Origin: Alphaproteobacteria bacterium
Lineage (GTDB): Bacteria; Pseudomonadota; Alphaproteobacteria; Rs-D84
NCBI GenBank assembly: GCA_031555055.1
Contig: JAVBUT010000002.1
Span: 75,370 to 139,369 of the forward strand
Direction: 5' to 3'
DNA: 64,000 nt
In this document: positions 56,360-64,000 of the stretch, piece by piece
Layout: each line of letters begins with the position of its first letter
How positions within the stretch are numbered: the stretch's first letter is position 1
Position numbers and translations under genes: made by a program
The notes under the pieces: model-generated
Told to the model about the DNA's origin: nothing
The model's database searches: none
Seen by the model: the letters and a program-made list of their open reading frames with translations, nothing else

Positions 56360-56734
56360 ATGAACAAGATGAAACAGTTTCTGATCATGCTAACCGTTAT
56401 TGCGGCGCCTTTTGGCGCGAACGCGGGCTTTGTCGGCACCAGCGAACAGGCCGTGATTACCGTGGCCGAAGTTTCGAATATGGGCGACGACAAGGCTGTC
56501 GTTATGCGGGGCAGTATTGAAAAACACCTGAAGAAAGATAAATATCAATTTGTTGATCAAACCGGCAAGATAGTTGTCGAAATCGACGGCGACGAATGGC
56601 GCGGAATTGATGTGACGCCCAATGACACGGTATTGATTATCGGCGAAACGGACAAAGACTGGTTCAGTGATACCAGCGTAGATGTCAAAACGATCCAAAA
56701 GGTCGCAAACGATAATGTAAAACCGAAAAAGTAA
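56360..56734 (+). CDS. periplasmic OB-fold protein, YgiW/YdeI (BOF) family
   Basis: AAAGGAG precedes ATG 56360. The signal peptide is MNKMKQFLIMLTVIAAPFGANA. V.MRGSIEKHLKKDKYQFVDQTGKIVVEID matches the family pattern. Confidence 0.6.
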   Translation: MNKMKQFLIMLTVIAAPFGANAGFVGTSEQAVITVAEVSNMGDDKAVVMRGSIEKHLKKDKYQFVDQTGKIVVEIDGDEWRGIDVTPNDTVLIIGETDKDWFSDTSVDVKTIQKVANDNVKPKK

Positions 56735-56740
56735 CAAAAA

Positions 56741-56765
56741 ACCGGCGAAAAGGCCGGTTTTTTTG
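56741..56765 (+). terminator. rho-independent terminator
   Basis: accggc-gaaaag-gccggttttttt. Confidence 0.7.
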
Positions 56766-56788
56766 AGTAATGTAGTTTATAATTTATT

Positions 56789-56975
56789 AACTGGATTGCC
56801 ACGCTTTGCTCGCAATGACGGATTTGTGCTTTATGCTCTAAAATATTTAAAACTTAGAAACAGCACCAAAATAGTAGGGGCAGAGATCATCTGCCCTTTT
56901 GTATTTTCATAGTCCTGGGTGCCAGCCTTCCAGCCTGCGCCAAGGCTACGGCGGACGCGACGCCGGGATGACGGG
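56789..56975. repeat. cluster of REP-like GC-rich repeats
   Basis: aactggattgccacgctttgctcgcaatgacggatttgt is nearly identical to 44193-44233. gtaggggcagagatcatctgccc belongs to the same family as 44007, 44114 and 44160. gtgccagcc...ggctacggcgg is related to motifs near 58096 and 59655. Confidence 0.75.
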
Positions 56976-56981
56976 TTGTTT

Positions 56982-57719
56982 TTATAAATGTCCGCCATGA
57001 ACCTCTAGTACTGTTCCGTTTACATAACTGGCGTCATCGCTGCATAGAAATACAATTGCTTTTGCGATTTCGTCTGGTTTTGCGATGCGCCCCAACGCGA
57101 TTTTCTCTACTTCATCAGCCATATAGTCTGCAGGCAAGCCTTTGTTCATATCTGTGTCAACCCAGCCTGGCGCCACGGCATTCACATTTATATATGGTGA
57201 GAATTGAATGGCCAGGCTTTTTGTTAATGATATCATACCGGCCTTGCTAGCATTATAATCAATTGCATATGGTGAAAAATCGCGCATGCCGCTGGTGCTG
57301 GATAAATTGACGATTTTTCCAAATTTATTATCCATCATAATTTCACCGACATATTTAGAAACAATAAAGGCACCAAATAAATTTGTTGAAAATGTCTTTT
57401 GCCAATCTGCGATTGTACGATCTGAAAATTCTTTATCATTTGCTATTCCGGCATTATTGATCAAAAAGTCTATATGCCCGAATTCGGCCATTACAATATC
57501 AATCATTGATTCGACTTCGGCTTCGATGCTTATATCTGTGCGGATTGTTATTGCGCGTGCGCCATATTCGGAAATAAGATGTTTTTTCAACTCTTCTGTG
57601 GCTTTTGTATTTTCTTTATAATTTATAATAATATTTGCGCCGCGTTTTGCGAATTCAATTGCAGTTGCGCGTCCAATTCCACGAGATGCGCCTGTAATTA
57701 ATACAACCTTATCTTTCAT
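56982..57719 (-). CDS. short-chain dehydrogenase/reductase (FabG-like)
   Basis: I prefer the start at MKDKVVLITGASRGIGRA. It has NNAG and YNASKAG motifs. Confidence 0.75.
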   Translation of the reverse strand: MKDKVVLITGASRGIGRATAIEFAKRGANIIINYKENTKATEELKKHLISEYGARAITIRTDISIEAEVESMIDIVMAEFGHIDFLINNAGIANDKEFSDRTIADWQKTFSTNLFGAFIVSKYVGEIMMDNKFGKIVNLSSTSGMRDFSPYAIDYNASKAGMISLTKSLAIQFSPYINVNAVAPGWVDTDMNKGLPADYMADEVEKIALGRIAKPDEIAKAIVFLCSDDASYVNGTVLEVHGGHL

Positions 57720-57759
57720 ATTTTCTGCCTTTTTATGGATTTTAGGACAGGGCGCCGCC

Positions 57760-57930
57760 CTGGTCAAGACGTTATTACCCGCCCCAAATGGGCGGGTCGA
57801 AATGCGTCAGCATTTCGGGGTGGGGCAGGAATGTGGAATAATGTATAGTTTTTATAACCACACCCCGAAAAATGCAGCGCATGAGCGGCTTGCATTTTTC
57901 GGCCCGCCCGGGGCGGGCGGGTGATAACAA
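57760..57930. repeat. cluster of four GC-rich hairpins
   Basis: acccgcccc-aaat-gggcgggt, cgaaatgc-gtca-gcatttcg, ccgaaaaatgca...tgcatttttcgg and gcccgccc-gggg-cgggcgggt. Confidence 0.7.
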
Positions 57931-57975
57931 AAATTATTGCAATTTATTGCGGGGCCGTTATAATACACCGCACAC

Positions 57976-58049
57976 GCCCGCATAGTATAGTGGTAGAACA
58001 CGTCCTTGGTAAGGACGAGGCGCAAGTCCGATTCTTGCTGCGGGCACCA
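57976..58049 (+). tRNA. tRNA-Thr (anticodon GGT)
   Basis: Acceptor GCCCGCA/TGCGGGC followed by ACCA, anticodon arm CGTCC-TTGGTAA-GGACG, T arm GCAAG-TCCGATT-CTTGC. Confidence 0.85.
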
Positions 58050-58390
58050 CCAAAAATTGTTGATGGCCGCATTTGCGGCCATTTAGAATTTTTGAGTGCC
58101 CGCCGGAGTTTTAACGAAGGCTGGGCCGGCTTGCCAGACGAAGCGTTCCGCGAAGTTTGGTTGTGATGAAGTCACGAAAACTTGACGTAGACCAAGGTCA
58201 CCAAGAGTTCGGCAAGTCCGATATCTTGGTTTAAAAAATGGTCAGATTTTGATAATTATCGGACTATTTTGCGAAAAGCCTTAGATGCCTTGCCCCGTGC
58301 AAATTTTTAATGCAAATCAGAATTTTTTGATTATAATTATCTCACAAATCAATTTGAGAGAGAAGATTGTAGTTTGGGTGGAATAATAAA

Positions 58391-58747
58391 ATGTTTTTCA
58401 ATACTGTAAAATATAAATTTGCACAGGTAAAACCGATATATAATTTACCTAAAAATGACCCTAATTCCCAACTGGTATCGTATGTGATTTTAGAAAAAGA
58501 TGAAGAGCAGTATAACCTGTTATTAGAGCAAGCAAGACATGATGGTAAGCTTGTTGCAAATATTTTTTACAGTCCGTTAAAAATAATCTTCAAAAACAAT
58601 TTAGTAATTCTTAAAGGAGATGGCGTACTGTCCAAATGTAAAAATATTGATACTGCAACCAATCAAGCAATAGAGCAATCGTTTTCTGATATTGGTAATC
58701 AGTATATTTCAGGATTTCCTGTAAGAACTATTGGTAAACGAAGATAA
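58391..58747 (+). CDS. hypothetical protein (islet cassette 1)
   Basis: 118-aa AT-rich ORF. I recognise no motif. Confidence 0.35.
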   Translation: MFFNTVKYKFAQVKPIYNLPKNDPNSQLVSYVILEKDEEQYNLLLEQARHDGKLVANIFYSPLKIIFKNNLVILKGDGVLSKCKNIDTATNQAIEQSFSDIGNQYISGFPVRTIGKRR

Positions 58748-59005
58748 TAATTTAGCCAAATCAGTCCGATATCGCCACAGCAAGGCGCACCAGGTTGTGA
58801 TGACGCGTCGTAATGGCGCGTTTTTTCATTGTCACCTTGGTCCAGACCCAGTCCGATAATGCGGTTCCAAAAACCAGTCCGATTTGGCAAAATATCGGAC
58901 TATTTATGAAAAAGCCTCAGATTTGCCGATCTGTATAACATTCGATTATCGCTAGCGTTTTTGTAATATATTGATTATTATAATGCCAAGACAAGAGGTT
59001 TTATA

Positions 59006-59554
59006 ATGATTCCAATTATTGAAAGTATTGATGAAAACAAATTAAATCCAGATGCAAAGATGACTGAACGGGATGTTATTATGATTGTTGTAAAGCATCC
59101 AACAGAAGATAAATATTTATACATTCATTATAAAAATTTTGGCTGGAACGTATTGGTCCAGGGTGGTATCGAAGACAATGAAAATTCTTTTATTTCGGCA
59201 GTCCGTGAATTAGAAGAAGAGACAGGTTTTTATGATATTGCAAGTATTGAAAAATTGCCGCTTGAAATGGATAATGTTTTCTATGCTGCACATAAGAAAG
59301 TAAACCGATTGGCAAAAATAAAAACATTTTTTATAAAACTGAATAGTATGGCACAAAAATCTCACGAGGACGAGTTTGATGTAATGTTTGATACATATGA
59401 AAACCTGTATGATATTTTTGGGCCATCGTTCCGCCATCACTATTTCTTGCTGGGGATTGCCGTAGGCAAAGAAAGTATGGATAACCTGGATGTGAATGAC
59501 GAAAATCATTTAGGCAATGTTGAAATGGTTAACCATAAGATTTCATACAGATAA
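59006..59554 (+). CDS. NUDIX hydrolase (islet cassette 2)
   Basis: The Nudix box GGIEDNENSFISAVRELEEETGF fits G-x5-E-x7-REUxEExGU. Confidence 0.7.
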   Translation: MIPIIESIDENKLNPDAKMTERDVIMIVVKHPTEDKYLYIHYKNFGWNVLVQGGIEDNENSFISAVRELEEETGFYDIASIEKLPLEMDNVFYAAHKKVNRLAKIKTFFIKLNSMAQKSHEDEFDVMFDTYENLYDIFGPSFRHHYFLLGIAVGKESMDNLDVNDENHLGNVEMVNHKISYR

Positions 59555-59909
59555 ATTGGATTTGAAGGTCTGGATTTTCGAGTGTAATGTTGTGTAAAGG
59601 TTGCTGTGATTAGCGTGCCGCACGAAGCCCAAAGGGCGAAGTGTGGTCCGATGATGCCACCCAGCCTTCGCCGAGGCTTCGGCGGGCACAGCGGCAAGGC
59701 GCACCACCAAAAATTGTTGATGGCCGCATTCGCGGCCGTTTAAAATTTTTGAGTGCCCGCCGGAGTTTTAACGAAGGCTGGGCCGGCTTGCCAGACGAAG
59801 CCTTGGCGTAGTCTGATTATGATGGCGCGTCCATTGGGCGCGTTTTTTATTATTTTTGCTTGCTATTGACAAATTTTGTTTTAGAATAAGTTGTAAAAGA
59901 GGTGCGATT

Positions 59910-60224
59910 ATGGATAAAAAACAGTACTCGACCGTGGATATTGAAAAAATTATTTCTGAAAACAAGTGCCTGAAAGACAAAGTCGGCAGATTTCCTTTTA
60001 ACGACTGTGGCGGATATGGATGCACAACCACTGTCATAATATGTGCATTATTTTTTCTGACGGGCTGGGGCGCCAGATCATGTTCTGATGATATTAGTCT
60101 GATCCCGTCCAAGAAGAAAACAGTCGTCGCGCCGGCAGATAGGCAATCATGGCTGAACCGGCCGCTTAGCCATGGTCGCATGTGCGATTTTATAACGGCG
60201 TATCGTAAAATGTATTCCAAATAA
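59910..60224 (+). CDS. small membrane protein (hypothetical)
   Basis: AAGAGG precedes ATG 59910 (MDKKQYS...). It has one hydrophobic segment (TTTVIICALFFLTGWG). Confidence 0.35.
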   Translation: MDKKQYSTVDIEKIISENKCLKDKVGRFPFNDCGGYGCTTTVIICALFFLTGWGARSCSDDISLIPSKKKTVVAPADRQSWLNRPLSHGRMCDFITAYRKMYSK

Positions 60225-60452
60225 AAATTAGGTTGAAATTCGGTAATTTTTAGTTAAACATATATGATGTATTGTATGTGGTTTCTGTGGCGATCCGATT
60301 AACGACCGGTGAACAGGAATCTCATTATTCCAAAGGCCGATGTCCCAAGGGAGCACGGCAAAGCAGGGTGGCACCGCGGTTGATAACCGCCCCTGTGGAT
60401 TGCAAGAAAACAAACCGGCAATCCGAAATCAAAAATAACAAAAGGTGTCGAA

Positions 60453-62225
60453 ATGTTAAGCTTAAAATCAAAATACAGAACACATACTTGCGGGGAACTG
60501 AATTCCGCGCATGTGGGGCAAACCGTGACTTTGTCGGGTTGGGTTCATCGCAAGCGCGATCACGGCCAACTGATGTTCATCGATATTCGCGACAATTACG
60601 GAATCACGCAATGCGTGTTCGACAGTGGTTTGGCGGAACTGGAAAAAGTTCGTCCGGAATCCGTTGTCATGATTTCCGGAACAGTGATCGCGCGCGACGG
60701 ATCGGCCGTCAACGACAAGATTCCGACCGGTGCAATCGAAATCAAAGCGACAGAATGGAAGGTTTTGTGCGAATCAGAAGTTTTGCCGTTCCAAGTTTTT
60801 GGTGATGAAGATGTCGGCGAAGATTTGCGCCTGAAGTATCGATACTTGGATTTGCGCCGTGAAAAGATGCATAATAAGATATTATTTCGTAATCGTGTAA
60901 TCAAAGGCATACGTGATAAAATGTGGGATATGGGATTCTCTGAATTCCAGACACCTATCTTGGGTGCGACATCACCCGAAGGCGCTCGCGACTTTATAGT
61001 TCCAAGCCGTCTGCACCATGGGGCTGTATATGCATTGCCACAATCACCACAGCAATGGAAACAGTTGACTCAAATCTCAGGATTTGATCGGTATTTCCAG
61101 ATCGCACCATGTTTCCGAGATGAAGATTTGCGTGCGGACCGCATGTTGGAATTCTATCAGCTGGACATAGAAATGTCTTTTGTGTCCCAACGCGATGTTC
61201 AAGATGTATGCGAATCGTTGTTAGTATCGCTGATAAAACAATTTGCACCCGATGGTAGATTGTATCCGGAAATCCCACAGTTCACATATGCCGAGGCTAT
61301 GTTGAAATACGGTGTTGATAAACCTGATTTGCGTAATCCTATAATAATTAGTGATGTTTCTGAAGTTTTTCGTAACTCTGATTTTGGAATATTTGCCGAT
61401 GCGGTTAAAAACGGTAGTGTTGTTCGTGCAATACCGGCTCCAAATACGGCAGACCAGCCGCGTTCTTGGTTTGACAAGACGGAAGTGTTTGCCAAGGAAG
61501 AGTTGGGATTGGCAGGCCTTGGATACATAGTGTTTGCCGAAGAAGTCAAAGGACCTGTTGCAAAGAAACTAAAATCAACAGAAATAGAACAGTTAAAAAC
61601 CATAACTGGTGCGGAATCTGGAACGACATTATTTTTTGTCTGTGAAAAAGAGAAAGTTGCCGCCAAAGCCGCCGGAAAATTGCGTACTCGTGTTGGTGAA
61701 GAATTGAATTTAATCAATCAGCGTGATTTTCGTTTGTGTTGGGTTGTAGATTTCCCATTCTTTGAAGAGGATGAAAATTCACCGACAGGGATTGGATTTG
61801 GGCATAATCCGTTCGGCATGCCCCAGATAGATTTAGAAAATGCGGATTTATCAGACCCGCTGAAAATACCGGCCTATCAATATGATTTTGTTCTAAATGG
61901 TGAAGAGGTTGGCGGTGGCGGATTGCGTAACTATGATCAGAAAACAATGTTAAAATTGTTTGATATTACCGGATATGACGAAGAAACTGTTAAACAAAAA
62001 TTCGGTGGATTGTACACAGCATTTCAATACGGCACACCTCCGCATGGTGGCTTGGCTATGGGGGTAGACCGTATCGTATGCATATTGTTGGGCGAACCTA
62101 ATTTGCGTGAAATCACAGTATTCCCTACTAACCAGCGTGGACAGGACCTGATGATGGGGTCTCCGAACACACCGACGGAACAGCAGTTGCGTGATGTGCA
62201 TATACAATTTAGAAAAAAGAACTAA
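60453..62225 (+). CDS. aspS: aspartyl-tRNA synthetase
   Basis: N-terminal OB domain (RTHTCGEL...V.LSGWVHRKRDHG.L.FIDIRD) and class II motifs (FRDEDLRADR, GGGLRNYD, GLAMGVDR). Confidence 0.95.
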   Translation: MLSLKSKYRTHTCGELNSAHVGQTVTLSGWVHRKRDHGQLMFIDIRDNYGITQCVFDSGLAELEKVRPESVVMISGTVIARDGSAVNDKIPTGAIEIKATEWKVLCESEVLPFQVFGDEDVGEDLRLKYRYLDLRREKMHNKILFRNRVIKGIRDKMWDMGFSEFQTPILGATSPEGARDFIVPSRLHHGAVYALPQSPQQWKQLTQISGFDRYFQIAPCFRDEDLRADRMLEFYQLDIEMSFVSQRDVQDVCESLLVSLIKQFAPDGRLYPEIPQFTYAEAMLKYGVDKPDLRNPIIISDVSEVFRNSDFGIFADAVKNGSVVRAIPAPNTADQPRSWFDKTEVFAKEELGLAGLGYIVFAEEVKGPVAKKLKSTEIEQLKTITGAESGTTLFFVCEKEKVAAKAAGKLRTRVGEELNLINQRDFRLCWVVDFPFFEEDENSPTGIGFGHNPFGMPQIDLENADLSDPLKIPAYQYDFVLNGEEVGGGGLRNYDQKTMLKLFDITGYDEETVKQKFGGLYTAFQYGTPPHGGLAMGVDRIVCILLGEPNLREITVFPTNQRGQDLMMGSPNTPTEQQLRDVHIQFRKKN

Positions 62226-62234
62226 AAAACATCA

Positions 62235-62258
62235 AAAAGGCCGGTAAAACGGCCTTTT
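62235..62258 (+). terminator. rho-independent terminator after aspS
   Basis: aaaaggccg-gtaaaa-cggcctttttc. Confidence 0.7.
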
Positions 62259-62332
62259 TCTTTGCAAGAAAACAAGCCTATTTTAATCAGTGTTTTTCTG
62301 GTTTATGCTGGGGACCAAGAGAGGATACAGCA

Positions 62333-62659
62333 ATGGACCAATCACGCGTTTCAGCATTGTGCAACCAATTGCAGTTGTCGCCATACCAATCGTATATTCT
62401 GGAAAACAATGCCAAGAAATACGATCTGGAAAAACTGATAAAGCGCGGCGGGATACTGTATGCGCCGCATGCGCACACGTATGAATTGAAAGAATACGTT
62501 GCGCGTGTTCTGGTCGGGCCGCGTGCGGATGTCATCGGGTCCGACAAAATGCTGGTGGCCGACCAGCGTGGTGTCAAAGTTCATACCGGTGGCACTTTTT
62601 CAGCATATAAAAACGGGATCAGATACCATGCGGACGCATTCGGCAACCGTATAAAATAA
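62333..62659 (+). CDS. hypothetical protein
   Basis: 108-aa ORF. I recognise no motif. Confidence 0.35.
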   Translation: MDQSRVSALCNQLQLSPYQSYILENNAKKYDLEKLIKRGGILYAPHAHTYELKEYVARVLVGPRADVIGSDKMLVADQRGVKVHTGGTFSAYKNGIRYHADAFGNRIK

Positions 62660-64000
62660 TCAGAATTTATCATGGGTGGCGACAAAACCACGCAGAAAAT
62701 CAGGATCGAAATTCATCATTATCTGGGACAGAGAATAATTTCGCGTACCATCGGGCATGATCGTGATTGCGATCGGCGATGGATCCGGTGATGTTCCGCG
62801 CATAATCATATTGACTTTCATTTCGACCTGGCCGTCCATAATGCTTAACATTCCAGCCGCGTCCGCGTGGTGCAGTGCCAATGAAAACGGTTCGGTCGAT
62901 GTAAAGTTTCCACCATTGTAATATCCGGTCAAGCGCAGTTTTTTTATACGGCTGGCGCCACTGTCCAATGCGGCGGATAAAATGTATTCCGCGTTCAGCG
63001 TTGTGATATTTCCAACATTTGCATAAAAGTCATCAACCCCCAGACCATGCAGAATTCCACCGTCAAAAGACATATCTAATGTTCCGTTCAAATTGCGCCA
63101 AATGTCATATGCGATCTGTCCGGATGTCGACAGTTTGGCTTCGCCGGTGATCGATGTGTCGGAAATATTGATCGGCAATGCGGTATTCAATAATTTTCCA
63201 GGTATGACGAATTTGTTCAGCTGCAGCACAAGGTTGTATTTGTTCTGGTCTTTGGATATTGTCGCCAACAGGTTGCCACGTTTGCTGTCTGTGATAGAAA
63301 ACGTCTGGCGTTCGTCTTTTAGAGAATATACAAAGTTTGCGAATTCGTTTCCATTGTGGATCAGACGATCCGCGGACACAGACACATTTGTGCCCAGATA
63401 AAATGGCAAAATCATAGGGTCCTGGGCCAGAAACTGGAATTCTTCGTAATTGTCTATGAAAGTCTGGCTGACGAACGCATCCATGTTCAACAGGTCTGTC
63501 TTTAACGTCAGCGTGCCGTCCGCATACGATCCATGAAATGTATGCCCGGCGATTCTGATTTCCAAATTAGAAACGTTGCCGTTCTTATAGTTGCCGGAAA
63601 CAATGTATTCCAAATCGTTCATTGAACGCAGATCAATATTAGGAAACCATTCTTTAGCGTTTTCACCGTTCAGATAAAATGTTCCGCGATTGAATGACAG
63701 CTTCCACCGGCCTGAATCCGGCGTAAAGGTCAATCCGCCGCTGTCCCACACAAAATCGCCAAGTGCGTTCTGCATTGATTCTGGAACAAATCCGATGTCC
63801 GTGCCCAGCCATTTTAACGTCTTGTTTTTTGCAAATGTATAGGACGGTGTCAGCCGGTCTTTGACAATATCGATTGTTCCGCCGACATCGCTGAACTGAA
63901 AGTTTATTTTGCCGCGCGCGCCCAACAGTTTCGCAGTATCAAATGCGCTTGCGTTGTTTGGCATTTCTTTATCTGACTGAATAAATATTTCGAACGTGTC
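62660..64000 (-). CDS. AsmA-family outer-membrane biogenesis protein, C-terminal part (5' end outside the window)
   Basis: The reading frame stays open upstream of the track Met (63964) to the window edge. It is a beta-rich repetitive sequence typical of the AsmA/TamB-like C-terminal region. Confidence 0.55.
   Translation of the reverse strand, partial: DTFEIFIQSDKEMPNNASAFDTAKLLGARGKINFQFSDVGGTIDIVKDRLTPSYTFAKNKTLKWLGTDIGFVPESMQNALGDFVWDSGGLTFTPDSGRWKLSFNRGTFYLNGENAKEWFPNIDLRSMNDLEYIVSGNYKNGNVSNLEIRIAGHTFHGSYADGTLTLKTDLLNMDAFVSQTFIDNYEEFQFLAQDPMILPFYLGTNVSVSADRLIHNGNEFANFVYSLKDERQTFSITDSKRGNLLATISKDQNKYNLVLQLNKFVIPGKLLNTALPINISDTSITGEAKLSTSGQIAYDIWRNLNGTLDMSFDGGILHGLGVDDFYANVGNITTLNAEYILSAALDSGASRIKKLRLTGYYNGGNFTSTEPFSLALHHADAAGMLSIMDGQVEMKVNMIMRGTSPDPSPIAITIMPDGTRNYSLSQIMMNFDPDFLRGFVATHDKF

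Larger units (their letters stand above)
58044..59801 (+). mobile_element. small low-GC islet bounded by 101-bp direct repeats at the tRNA-Thr(GGT) 3' end; no integrase
   Basis: Direct repeat copy 1 is 58044-58144 and copy 2 is 59701-59801, differing at 3 positions. Each starts with the last 6 nt of the tRNA (gcacca) and contains the hairpin atggccgc-attt-gcggccat. Two small ORFs lie inside. Confidence 0.4.

Noticed and set aside
58044-59801. Integron or classical integrative island interpretation of the tRNA-Thr islet
   Set aside because: No integrase or recombinase ORF lies in or beside it. The repeats lack the RYYYAAC/GTTRRRY attC core sites. I therefore kept it only as an att-like direct-repeat islet of unknown mechanism.
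60272-60452. SRP (4.5S) RNA or a known riboswitch upstream of aspS
   Set aside because: I compared it by eye with the SRP domain IV (GGAA tetraloop, AGCA symmetric loop) and with the TPP, cobalamin, glycine, SAM-II, ZTP, fluoride and guanidine consensus cores. The apical loop would be only AA, and none of the conserved cores is present.

Overview
The window is a 64-kb chromosomal segment of a Gram-negative bacterium, shown by lpxC, lpxK, pal, PagL-like and other beta-barrel OMPs, and an AsmA-like protein. By inference only, it looks alphaproteobacterial and probably host-associated or intracellular. The clues are the alphaproteobacterial-style IF-3 N-terminus, a eukaryote-like type-2 IleRS, an isolated virB3-virB4 pair as in the scattered Rickettsiales rvh system, a very high repeat load and scrambled operons. 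I support about 60 protein genes, mostly housekeeping. They are rsmG (partial), gpsA, pal, infC, metG, queH, fabD, fabG, mnmG, ileS, nth, pheST, rplT, rpmI, mreCD, mrdA, rodA, topA, dnaG, ychF, rpmJ, lpxK, lpxC, gyrB, ung and aspS. There are 5 tRNAs: Val-GAC, Thr-CGT, initiator Met, a second CAT tRNA and Thr-GGT. I see no rRNA, CRISPR array, transposase, integrase or recognisable toxin-antitoxin or defence operon. The unusual content is mostly structural. (1) Degenerate 7-nt and 6-nt tandem arrays form hairpins in intercistronic gaps and also sit in-frame inside metG, mnmG, ileS, mrdA, ychF, lpxK and others. (2) GC-rich palindromic elements are inserted in-frame into queH and nth, like Rickettsia palindromic elements. 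(3) The tRNA-binding B2 domain of PheT is missing from pheT, is encoded as a stand-alone gene coupled to pheS, and has a close paralogue fused to the C-terminus of MetRS. (4) A four-gene type-IVb-pilus-like inner-membrane module has no pilin, secretin or peptidase in view. (5) A roughly 1.7-kb low-GC islet at tRNA-Thr(GGT) is bounded by 101-bp direct repeats and carries two cassette-like small genes. (6) A ridA plus four-helix-bundle gene pair is bracketed by 31-bp inverted repeats. (7) Two small, very cysteine-rich secreted proteins are encoded in tandem. I cannot point to a demonstrable new biological system. The repeat families and the orphan pilus-like module are the best candidates for follow-up. 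All GC statements are by eye, and all homology calls rest on motif recognition, not searches.
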